The position numbers and the translations under genes were made by a program. 64,000 bases of DNA from Deltaproteobacteria bacterium (lineage in GTDB: Bacteria; Desulfobacterota; Syntrophia; Syntrophales; UBA8958): positions 6,638 through 70,637 of the forward strand of contig JAKQIZ010000078.1 of NCBI GenBank assembly GCA_029561465.1, given 5' to 3'. The notes under the pieces were generated by a model. That model saw only the letters and a program-made list of their open reading frames with translations. It searched no databases and was not told the origin of the DNA. Positions within the stretch are counted from its first letter, which is position 1. Each line of letters starts with the position of its first letter. Below, piece after piece: positions 17,678 through 26,095 of this stretch.

Positions 17678-19941
17678 GCCACGAACACTTCCTTCCCCTC
17701 CCGCGCCTCCCGGATGATGAGCTCCGAAATCTCCTTGCGCATGAACCACTCCGGAGGGCGCTTTCCCCTGGCAAGCATTTTTCGGCCGGCCGTACCGCTG
17801 ATGTTGAGTAGATGGTCGTCGCCATGCCGGCATTGTTCCACATATTCGTGGCATGCCTCACAGTAATGCTGGGTAGGGAAAAACAGCGGCACGATCCCGA
17901 GATCACCGACGCGTTCGAAAAGTCGCTCCACGTCCCCGGGTTGGTAATAGTCCCCCACCCCGGTATGATCCCTGCCGACAATGAAATGACTGCAACCAAA
18001 ATTCTTTCGACACAGGGCCGTAAAAACAGCCTCGCGGGGGCCGGCGTAGCGGGAATAATTCTGAAACGCCCCGATCATGACCTTTCCGGGCGGATAGTAT
18101 TTTTGGATCATGAGCTCATAGCCTCTGATGATGACGTCGAAGTTGTAATCCCCCTTTTTCTTGGGACCGGCGACGGGGTGGGCGAAGAGGCCGTCGCAAT
18201 GGGTCCGCTCCAGGGCCAGCCTTTGGATATGCTCGTGGGCGCAATGGATTACGTTACGGGTATGGAAGCCGACCACCTTGCTCCAACCCCGGTGCGCGAA
18301 GATCGTCCGTACCTGCCGGGGCGTGAGTTCGTAATGTTTGTATGGGGAAGGCAATCTCCGGACCAGTTGCACCGGTCCCCCTAAGAACCATTCGCCCCGT
18401 TGGTACAAAAGCGCCACCCCGGGGTGATTGCGGTCCGTGACCCCAAAGGTATCCCTGGCCGTCTGTTCCAGGTCCGGTTTGAAGATCTGTTGGATGTCCA
18501 TGGTGGCATAGATTTCCTTGGTGCCTTTGAGCCGCAGGGCGACCTTATCCCCGGCACGAAGCTTCCCGGCCATTTTCCCGGGTACCTGCAATACTATTGG
18601 TAAAGGCCATATCACCCCGCTGGGAAGGCGATATTCCCTCAATACCGTCTCCATTTCCTCCTTGGTCATAAATCCCGTCAAGGGGGAAAAGGTGCCCAGG
18701 GCAATTTGCTCGGCGCTCATCAGGACCGATACATCGACATCCAGCGGGATTAATCCGGCCATTTCTTCCGGCGCCGGGTTTTCCTGCCAGGCATTCACCA
18801 GTCTGCCGCCGTGCGGTTCGATCAGCAGCAAGGAGCCCTTGCCGTCTAGATCCGGAAGGAAGGTATTGTTCAGGTGCTCATCATACTGTTGGATCATCTT
18901 GCGGACCATCATGGCACAATGCACCGGATAGGACCCGATGGCCGTTTCCGCGGCCAGAACCAAGCCATCCGCCCCGTCGCACAGGGTATTGAAAATGTCG
19001 TTTACTTCGGCCCGGGTGGGGTTTGATGATTTGACCATGGACTCCAAGAGGTTGGTGGCCACGTAAACCTTAACCCCCACCTTTTTTGCCCTGCTGATAA
19101 TCAGTTTTTGCATCCGCGGGATCATGTCGATGGGCACCTGCCGGGACAGATCGCCCCGATCTATGAGGAGGGCATCCGATTTTTCAGCAATCTCTTTCAG
19201 GTTACGAAAGCCTGCCGTCGATTCGATTTTCGAGATGACACGGGTGTCCTCACCCACATGGCGGCGAATCACATCCACATCCGCACCGCGATTGGCGAAC
19301 GACAGCGCCGCGTGCCTGAGGCCGTATCGCTGTCCTATCTCCAGGGCCTGCCGGTCCTTCTCCGTCAGAACCGGCAACAGGACGTCGCGATTCAGGATCG
19401 TGACGGCCTTGTTCGGACCGACCCGGCCGCCGATCAGTATCTTCAGCCGGAGGCCCGGAGCGGAATTCTCGACGATCTGGGCCAGAACGGAGTTGAAATC
19501 GATGCTGACCAGGTCTCCCTCCACAAAGAAGGAGGCTATATCGGGAGGATAGAAGCTGAGCTGCGGGGCATCGCTTCTTCCCCCGCCGCCGGGGATCAAG
19601 AGCATCTCGTTCTCCGGCAGGTGCAGGGTCTCCCCCGCCATGTCGCCGGTCCTTATCTGCGCCCCTTCGGTATCCAGGCAGATGGGCAAAGATGTCCGCT
19701 CCTGAATGAAACCGATGATTCCCGGTAAATCATCAATCTTGGTGTGGGACAGGTTGATCCGCAGCAGATCCACACCGAGTTCGGCAAGCCGCGCCAGGGT
19801 GTAATCATTCAGGGAAGCCGGTCCCAAGGTGCAGAGAATCTCTTTTTTGTCTTTATGGTCTTTATGGTCTTTATGGTCTTTCTTCAAATCTTCCTTCCTT
19901 TCAAAGGTCAGACGGCCTCGTGACGCCCACTGCCCCGACAA
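17674..19941 (-). CDS. fusion protein: pyruvate-kinase-like barrel domain (aa ~34-352) plus ATP sulfurylase / sulfate adenylyltransferase (aa ~371-755)
   Basis: PK motifs ILCTLGPAS, LRINLSH, ISKIES, LIDRGDL, NPTRAEVND, VLAAETA. Sulfurylase motifs LIEPHGG, HTRNVIHCAHE, HPVAGPKKKGD, GRDHTGVG. The start is TTG 19941. An alternative TTG at 19887 is preceded by AGGAAGGAAG. Confidence 0.85.
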   Translation of the reverse strand: MSGQWASRGRLTFERKEDLKKDHKDHKDHKDKKEILCTLGPASLNDYTLARLAELGVDLLRINLSHTKIDDLPGIIGFIQERTSLPICLDTEGAQIRTGDMAGETLHLPENEMLLIPGGGGRSDAPQLSFYPPDIASFFVEGDLVSIDFNSVLAQIVENSAPGLRLKILIGGRVGPNKAVTILNRDVLLPVLTEKDRQALEIGQRYGLRHAALSFANRGADVDVIRRHVGEDTRVISKIESTAGFRNLKEIAEKSDALLIDRGDLSRQVPIDMIPRMQKLIISRAKKVGVKVYVATNLLESMVKSSNPTRAEVNDIFNTLCDGADGLVLAAETAIGSYPVHCAMMVRKMIQQYDEHLNNTFLPDLDGKGSLLLIEPHGGRLVNAWQENPAPEEMAGLIPLDVDVSVLMSAEQIALGTFSPLTGFMTKEEMETVLREYRLPSGVIWPLPIVLQVPGKMAGKLRAGDKVALRLKGTKEIYATMDIQQIFKPDLEQTARDTFGVTDRNHPGVALLYQRGEWFLGGPVQLVRRLPSPYKHYELTPRQVRTIFAHRGWSKVVGFHTRNVIHCAHEHIQRLALERTHCDGLFAHPVAGPKKKGDYNFDVIIRGYELMIQKYYPPGKVMIGAFQNYSRYAGPREAVFTALCRKNFGCSHFIVGRDHTGVGDYYQPGDVERLFERVGDLGIVPLFFPTQHYCEACHEYVEQCRHGDDHLLNISGTAGRKMLARGKRPPEWFMRKEISELIIREAREGKEVFVA
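19851..19877 (-). repeat. 3 x 9-bp perfect tandem repeat (CTTTATGGT) encoding (KDH)3 in the N-terminal tail of the fusion protein
   Basis: Read directly from the sequence. The protein track shows KDHKDHKDHKDKK. Confidence 0.95.
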
Positions 19942-19993
19942 GTATGCCCCCGGCGGGACGGCCGCGATTACGAAACCGATCGGCGCGCGGCCC

Positions 19994-20809
19994 CTAATTG
20001 TCCCGGCGCTTCACCTCAACTACATAATAGTCTTCGCAGCGACCGTAGGTTTGGTAGGTCTGCCGCATAAAAAGGATCAATAACAGGAGATAGAATACGA
20101 GATAGCCACAGAGGGCGATCTCGAGCCATCCCAAGACGGCCGCCAAAAGAAAAATGAGGGCCTGAAGTCCGCCGGTGGTTTCCAGATTCCGCACCAGGAG
20201 GTTGACGAGTTCCTTGATCGACATCCTTTGGTTACGGTCCTTCTCGTCCCACTGGGAAAAGGAGTCTCCGAATCTGATAAACAGCACCCGGTTCACCAGC
20301 CGCATGAGGAGCGAAATAACGGCGATGCCGGCGCCGGCGGCGAGGGAAAGGACCGCCGGAACGGAAACGGCAATTCCCATCGAGCCGAGGAATGCATCGA
20401 GGCTCCCTTCCGGCCAGAGGAAGACTCCCATGCCGAGCGCGAAAGGCAGAAAGGCGATGAGAACGACGCCGGCGGCATAGTCGAGGAAACCGCCAAAGTT
20501 GTCCCGCTTGCGCAGCGCCCTCGCCATGCTGCCATCCGTCACATCGACGGCCTCCCAAAACAGGACCATGACCAAGGCGGCAACCGCTCCCCCGGGACCA
20601 CCGAATGCTGCGGTAAAAACGATAACCCAGGAAAACAAAAAAGAGGCGAAGGTCACCTGCCGGGGCGTCAATCCCAGTTTCAGCGCCAGCCACGCCAGAT
20701 ACACCCCCGCGGGACGTACCATCATCATCAGTATATAACCGCGGAGGGCCGCACCGGAACCGACATTCCGCTTTCTGATCAGCTCGAGACCGATGTTGTC
20801 AGTTGACAT
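19994..20809 (-). CDS. integral membrane protein, CDP-alcohol phosphatidyltransferase-like
   Basis: Multiple hydrophobic segments. Motif DVTDGSMAR-x8-G-x3-D at aa 89-110 matches D-x2-DG-x2-AR-x8-G-x3-D. The final conserved Asp position is Gly. Confidence 0.65.
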   Translation of the reverse strand: MSTDNIGLELIRKRNVGSGAALRGYILMMMVRPAGVYLAWLALKLGLTPRQVTFASFLFSWVIVFTAAFGGPGGAVAALVMVLFWEAVDVTDGSMARALRKRDNFGGFLDYAAGVVLIAFLPFALGMGVFLWPEGSLDAFLGSMGIAVSVPAVLSLAAGAGIAVISLLMRLVNRVLFIRFGDSFSQWDEKDRNQRMSIKELVNLLVRNLETTGGLQALIFLLAAVLGWLEIALCGYLVFYLLLLILFMRQTYQTYGRCEDYYVVEVKRRDN

Positions 20810-22736
20810 ACCACTTCTCCGCCCACATTTGAAAATTCATCATCATCCAGATCTTTTCCGCGCGGCCGCCGTGATGCCGATAGAACCCGCTCACTTCCCG
20901 TTGCACCTTTTTCTCGTCCAGGATCCCCACCTTCCTGATTTTTTCCGGAGACAGATATTCCCTCACGAACGGTTCCCAGACCCCGCGCAGCCAATAATAC
21001 AGGGGGATCATAAAACCACGCTTCGGAGCGGAGATAATGTCTTCGCCGACCCACTTCCGGAGAATCTTCTTCAAGATGCGCTTATGCTCCCCATCGCCGT
21101 ACAGATAAGCCACCGGCAGGCTGAAGGCAAACTCGGCAATCCGATGGTCCAGAAACGGGTCCCGGCATTCCAGGGAGACGGCCATGGACGCCCGGTCCAC
21201 CTTGACCAGAATGTCGTCCCGCAGAAAGGCCTGATAATCCGTGCGCATCATGGCGTCCACAGTTTCCGCGCGGTAACTGTGGAGATAGTCTCGATCCAGA
21301 ACCGTATCCGCGAAAAGATCGCCCGACGCCCCGGGGAGAAAGCCGGGGAGCGATGCTTCGGACCAGGCCTTTTCATTCATGAGTCGCAACAGGTCCCCCT
21401 CGCTGCGGACTTTCAGCAGGCGCAGCATTTTTTCGTAGCGGGCCGCATGCTGGGGGAAAAAAGACTCCGCCCGGGATATGGCGCCCGGCAGCGATAAGAG
21501 CAAGCGATACGGCAACCCGTGCGCCAGGGTTTGGGAAACAATCCGGCGCAAGGCGAGAGGCCATCTTCCCAGCCACCGGTAACGGTCGGCATAAGCCCGG
21601 TAGTCTTCATAACCGCAGAACTGCTCGTCGCCGCCGTCCGCCGACAGGGCGACCTTGACGTGCCTTCGGGCCAGCCGGCAGAGAATGTAGGTGGGAATCC
21701 CCGAGGTATCCCCGTATGGTTCATCGTAAATATCGCAGAATCTATCCAGCGAGTCCTGCACTTCCTGCTCAGAGACATAATGGACGATCTGTTTTAGATC
21801 CAGCGCTTCCGAAACCTTTCTGGCCTTGGCCGCTTCGTCATAGGCTTTCTCCTGAAAACCGATGGTTATATTGAGGATATCGGCATTTGCCTTTTTCCGG
21901 AGGATAGCTGAAACCAGAGAAGAATCGATCCCCCCGGAAAGGAACATGCCGACGGGCACGTCGGAGACCAGGCGATAGCGGAAGGCATCCAGAAGCAGCG
22001 ACTCCAGTTGTTCCGCCGCTGCGGAGAAACTGCCCTGATAGGAGTCCCGGACTATGTCGGCAAGACGCCAGTAGGCCTTCATCGTCATCCGGCCAAAACG
22101 GTCTATGACCAGATAATGGCCGGGCAGAAGTTTGTACACATCTTTGAAGATACTGCGGGGGGCGAGGATGTATCCGTTGATGAAATGCTGGCCCAAGGCC
22201 GTCCGGTCCAGTTCCTTTACCAGGGTGGGATGGGCGCATAAGGACTTCAACTCCGACCCGAACAGCAGGCGGCTGCTGTCGCAAGAGTAATAGAGGGGCT
22301 TGATGCCCGCCCGGTCGCGGCACAGGATCAGTTCCCGCTCGCTTTCGTTCCACAAGGCAAAGGCGAACATGCCGATAAAACGCTTCAAGGCTCTGTCCAT
22401 ACCCCAGCACTGGATGGCATGGATAACGACTTCCGTATCGGAGGCCCCGCTGAACCGGCAGCCTTGCTTAATCAGCTCCCCTCTGATTTCCCGGTAATTG
22501 TAAACCTCGCCGTTGAAGACGATGCAGAAGCGCCGGTCCGCGGACCACAGCGGCTGATTGCCCCCGGGCGACAGATCGATTATCGCCAGCCGGGTATGCC
22601 CCAAACCAATCTCACCCTGGCAATAAATCCCCCGGGCATCGGGACCGCGGTGCTGCAAGCTGTCGACCATCGCCTCAACATGCGCCTGCTCCACCGTTGC
22701 GCCGGTAAAACTGTATTCGCCGCAAATGCCGCACAT
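20799..22736 (-). CDS. asparagine synthase (glutamine-hydrolysing)-family amidotransferase, copy 2
   Basis: MCGICGE N-terminal Cys. PP-loop FLSGGIDS. 645 aa. Confidence 0.9.
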   Translation of the reverse strand: MCGICGEYSFTGATVEQAHVEAMVDSLQHRGPDARGIYCQGEIGLGHTRLAIIDLSPGGNQPLWSADRRFCIVFNGEVYNYREIRGELIKQGCRFSGASDTEVVIHAIQCWGMDRALKRFIGMFAFALWNESERELILCRDRAGIKPLYYSCDSSRLLFGSELKSLCAHPTLVKELDRTALGQHFINGYILAPRSIFKDVYKLLPGHYLVIDRFGRMTMKAYWRLADIVRDSYQGSFSAAAEQLESLLLDAFRYRLVSDVPVGMFLSGGIDSSLVSAILRKKANADILNITIGFQEKAYDEAAKARKVSEALDLKQIVHYVSEQEVQDSLDRFCDIYDEPYGDTSGIPTYILCRLARRHVKVALSADGGDEQFCGYEDYRAYADRYRWLGRWPLALRRIVSQTLAHGLPYRLLLSLPGAISRAESFFPQHAARYEKMLRLLKVRSEGDLLRLMNEKAWSEASLPGFLPGASGDLFADTVLDRDYLHSYRAETVDAMMRTDYQAFLRDDILVKVDRASMAVSLECRDPFLDHRIAEFAFSLPVAYLYGDGEHKRILKKILRKWVGEDIISAPKRGFMIPLYYWLRGVWEPFVREYLSPEKIRKVGILDEKKVQREVSGFYRHHGGRAEKIWMMMNFQMWAEKWYVN

Positions 22737-22804
22737 GATCTATTTACCGAACTGCCAAATGGACGCACCCGTAACGATCGACAGAGAAGACACCGACGCA
22801 GGCA

Positions 22805-23995
22805 TCATTTCCGTAAGGTCATCCCGGACCATATATCCTCAAGCTCCCGGACCCTGCCGGTTATCTCGTAATCGGAAAAGACGCGCCGCCGCGCTTCTTC
22901 CCCCATATCTTCCCGGAACGACCGGTCCGCGAGCAAGCGGCGAAGCCCTGCGGCGATCATGGACGGATTTCCCGGCTCCACCAGCAGCCCGTTTACATCG
23001 TCTTCAATCAGTTCCCGCAATCCTCCCACCCGGGAGGCAATGACCGCCTTGCCCAAAGCCATGCCTTCCAGGACCGCCCGGCCAAAACCTTCGCTCAGGG
23101 ATGGGTGCACGAGGATATCCATGAGTGAAACTATGGCCAGGGCATCAGGACGCCAGCCCGTGAAGAAAACCATTTCCCGCAAACCCCGCCTCTCGATGAG
23201 ACCGGTCAGTTCTTCCCGATAATCCTTGTAGGCGTCGATTATGTGGTCTCCCAAGATATAGAGCCGCGTCCGGGGAAATTCATCCTTGACCATGGACAGG
23301 GCCTCGATCAGGAAGTGCACCCCCTTGGGAGGATATAGCTGCCCCACATACACGCAATTGACATAACTGCCGTCCAGATCCAATTCCCGGGACAAGGAGG
23401 TCTTGTCCCCGCGCTCGATCTCCCGGATCTCCTCCAGATCGATTCCTATCCTCAGGATGCCGATCTTCCCGGCAAATAACGCGACCAGCAGCGGATATTT
23501 ATCGTCCCGGTTGGCCGCGCAAAAGAAACATATCCGGCTGGCAAGGATGAACCCCAGCGGATCGAGAAGTGGGTTCTGCAGTTCTCCCTTGACATACAAA
23601 AAAACGGGGACTCCGGCGAACCGGGCCGCCAGCCCGACGGTAAGAATGCTCCGGATGGAGTTGCAGTAAACCAGATCGATTTTCTTCTGTTTCAATATCT
23701 TGCTCAAGTTCCAATTGTAACGGATTAGATCAAAGGCGCTGAGCGTCTTTTCCCAAAAGCCGTCTCGCAGACATTCACCGCCGTAACGGTTCAACCGGCG
23801 TGAGGGCGGAACGATCAATGTTTCGACACCCCATCCCGCGCTTCGCCGGGTAAATTCCGTTTCGAAAGAACTCAGCAGCGACAACTGGAAGCGCTTTTGG
23901 TCCGTCAACCTGATTATGTAACTTTGGGTCCGCAGGTTGCCCGCGATCTTGCCGAACGGATATGGTTCGTGGATTAGGACCCGGATGGGAGTCAT
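22805..23995 (-). CDS. glycosyltransferase family 4 (GT-B)
   Basis: EGFGRAVLEGMALGKAVIASRVGG motif. ATG 23995 (MTPIRVLIHEPYPF) is preferred to ORF start 24178, which would overlap the upstream gene. Confidence 0.8.
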   Translation of the reverse strand: MTPIRVLIHEPYPFGKIAGNLRTQSYIIRLTDQKRFQLSLLSSFETEFTRRSAGWGVETLIVPPSRRLNRYGGECLRDGFWEKTLSAFDLIRYNWNLSKILKQKKIDLVYCNSIRSILTVGLAARFAGVPVFLYVKGELQNPLLDPLGFILASRICFFCAANRDDKYPLLVALFAGKIGILRIGIDLEEIREIERGDKTSLSRELDLDGSYVNCVYVGQLYPPKGVHFLIEALSMVKDEFPRTRLYILGDHIIDAYKDYREELTGLIERRGLREMVFFTGWRPDALAIVSLMDILVHPSLSEGFGRAVLEGMALGKAVIASRVGGLRELIEDDVNGLLVEPGNPSMIAAGLRRLLADRSFREDMGEEARRRVFSDYEITGRVRELEDIWSGMTLRK

Positions 23996-24032
23996 GGGAT
24001 GCGTCTGCAATGATGTCCGTCGCGGGGGGACA

Positions 24033-25046
24033 TTAAAAACCGATGGTCTTTTGAAGCCGGGAAAGTAACTGCGCCGCCGCCAGTTCATGTCCGGCCGGAC
24101 TGAGATGGTTGTCCCAGGGATACAGATATAATTTGTCGGTCTCTTCGCGGTTCCAGAAGCCCTCGGCCAGATCGACAAACTCTATGCCGTTTGTTGCACA
24201 GAATTTCTCCAGGTGCGCCATGTATTTGACCGAACCGCGCGGAAACCAGAAATAATTGATCGCCGGGATGGAGGCCAGGATGCACTTGATGCCCCTTGCA
24301 TCACATATGCTTTTAATCTCCGTCAGATACTCGTAGGTCACCTTGACGCTTTCGTCATTGTCCAGGTCGATTTGATTTTTCAGCAAGCGGCTGCCGAAAT
24401 CGTTTCCCCCTTCCCAGACCACCGCGATGCGATCCCGCAGATAGGTGATCAAAGCGGAACGTTTGATGAGAAAAATATACCTGTAGGGCAGCCATTGAAG
24501 CCACGACGGTCTGGCATCCCACCGGCCTTCATTGGTCAGGTTTTGGGAAGCATCGCAACGCACGGTAAAGTCATTCATGTAGAAACCGATGATCACCGCA
24601 TCGGGCTCGTATTTCAGCCCTTCGGCCTTAAGAAAATCGAGTTCGATAAAGGTCGCCCAGCCGCCGACCGCCGCGGAGATAACCTCATAGTTGGCATTCA
24701 GGTCTTTCAGTTTCCGTTCCAGGACCTTGGGATAGGTCTCTTCTCCCCGCACGGCGTTCCCGAACGTAAGGGAGTCGCCAAGGCACATGATCCGGTATGT
24801 CCCCCGCTGCTTCGGCACGGGCCATTCATAATCCCGAAAACCATAGGAGTTAGAGCTGACCGGCTTATCGAGGGTATAGGTTCCCTGCTGATTCGGTTTC
24901 AATTTGTAACCATAACTCGTCGGGACGTGCATGACCTGAGGATAGATAAAAACGGGTTGATTGCCATAGACGATCCGCAGCAGCGCCTCGAGAACAAGGC
25001 AGGTCGCCAAAACTGAGGCCATGAAAAGGACGATGTTCTTCTTCAT
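24033..25046 (-). CDS. SGNH/GDSL-family hydrolase or acyl-esterase with N-terminal membrane anchor/signal
   Basis: MKKNIVLFMASVLATCLVL hydrophobic N-terminus. Block I CLGDSLTFGN. ATGA overlap at 25043..25046. Confidence 0.75.
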   Translation of the reverse strand: MKKNIVLFMASVLATCLVLEALLRIVYGNQPVFIYPQVMHVPTSYGYKLKPNQQGTYTLDKPVSSNSYGFRDYEWPVPKQRGTYRIMCLGDSLTFGNAVRGEETYPKVLERKLKDLNANYEVISAAVGGWATFIELDFLKAEGLKYEPDAVIIGFYMNDFTVRCDASQNLTNEGRWDARPSWLQWLPYRYIFLIKRSALITYLRDRIAVVWEGGNDFGSRLLKNQIDLDNDESVKVTYEYLTEIKSICDARGIKCILASIPAINYFWFPRGSVKYMAHLEKFCATNGIEFVDLAEGFWNREETDKLYLYPWDNHLSPAGHELAAAQLLSRLQKTIGF

Positions 25047-26095
25047 CCAGCAAATCCAATGACGTCCTTGACCCGGTTGAACCACGTGTGTTCCCGCATG
25101 ACCCGCTGATGACCTTTCGCGACGATCGCCTCCCGTTCCTCGTCATGCGCCAGATAATAGGTGACCAAACTCTTCAGTTCTTCTTCACTTTTATAACAGA
25201 CAATTTCTTTCCCGACCGCGAATAAATCTTCGAGGCCATGGACATGATTGACGATTTCGAATGCTCCACAACAGGGGATTTCAAAGGTTCTCGCGTTGAC
25301 GCCATGCCGCGATTGGGGATGATTGATGTTCAGGACTATTTTGGACGCACCGTAAATCTTCCGCACCGTCTCACCTGAAGCCTTGCCGCGATAATAGTCT
25401 CCCACCATTTTATCTCGATATCTTTCCCAGTAATCTCCAAACACCCCCAAATGGAATCCGCTCAAGGCATTCAGGATCTCGATCCTGTTGTCGTAAGGCA
25501 TCCCGACAAAACAGACATCGAAGGACCATTTCGCCCGCTCATCTTCAGACATATCAAGGTGTTGAAACAGTTCGTCATCCGCGGCCAGGGGCAGATAACT
25601 CACTTTTTTGCCGCCTTTTTCGCGCAACTCCTCCGTATAATGATCGTCGAAAATAAAGATGTGATCGTAATCGTTCAGGCTGTTGCGGAAATTGACGTCG
25701 CGGTAATCGTTGCCACCGGCGGTGCCGATATAAGTGGGAAAGGGGTTGTCCCACTGATATGAAAGGCAGGGGATGCCGAGCTCACCCCTTAAATATCTTA
25801 GGGTTTCGGGGAAAACGGCATCGCCTTTGACGATGAAGGCAAAGGCGGGGGAATGTATCCTGGCCTTGGAAATATATTGCCTGTTTTCTTTTTGCAGGGC
25901 GGCCCGAATAAAAGGGTTGCAGATTCTTTTTGTCTTCGGAAACACCCTGCTGAACTTACTAAGCAACCGCTCCAGCGAATCCATCCGCGCATTGATGAAT
26001 ACCGGCTCAAAACCGTTTCTGGCGAAAGCCCGGGCAATGGATCTTTCAATACCGTAATAATCGGTAGAGATCATCAACATCTTTTTATTTTTCAT
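25043..26095 (-). CDS. CgeB/DUF3880-like glycosyltransferase-family protein
   Basis: The C-terminal region TFEIPCCGAFEIV...YKSEEELKSLVTYYLAHDEEREAIVAKG resembles the CgeB-type glycosyltransferase tail. Assigned by eye only. Confidence 0.6.
   Translation of the reverse strand: MKNKKMLMISTDYYGIERSIARAFARNGFEPVFINARMDSLERLLSKFSRVFPKTKRICNPFIRAALQKENRQYISKARIHSPAFAFIVKGDAVFPETLRYLRGELGIPCLSYQWDNPFPTYIGTAGGNDYRDVNFRNSLNDYDHIFIFDDHYTEELREKGGKKVSYLPLAADDELFQHLDMSEDERAKWSFDVCFVGMPYDNRIEILNALSGFHLGVFGDYWERYRDKMVGDYYRGKASGETVRKIYGASKIVLNINHPQSRHGVNARTFEIPCCGAFEIVNHVHGLEDLFAVGKEIVCYKSEEELKSLVTYYLAHDEEREAIVAKGHQRVMREHTWFNRVKDVIGFAG

Noticed and set aside
17678-17854. N-terminal extensions offered by the ORF track for cysC. 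Equivalent extensions occur at 23996..24178, 25047..25085, 48239..48313, 53219..53347, 62551..62697, 63138..63212, 9807..9851, 1651..1785 and 2849..3007.
   Set aside because: The homologous region begins at an internal ATG. That ATG often forms an ATGA overlap with the upstream stop, and the extra residues look like out-of-frame translation of the upstream gene.
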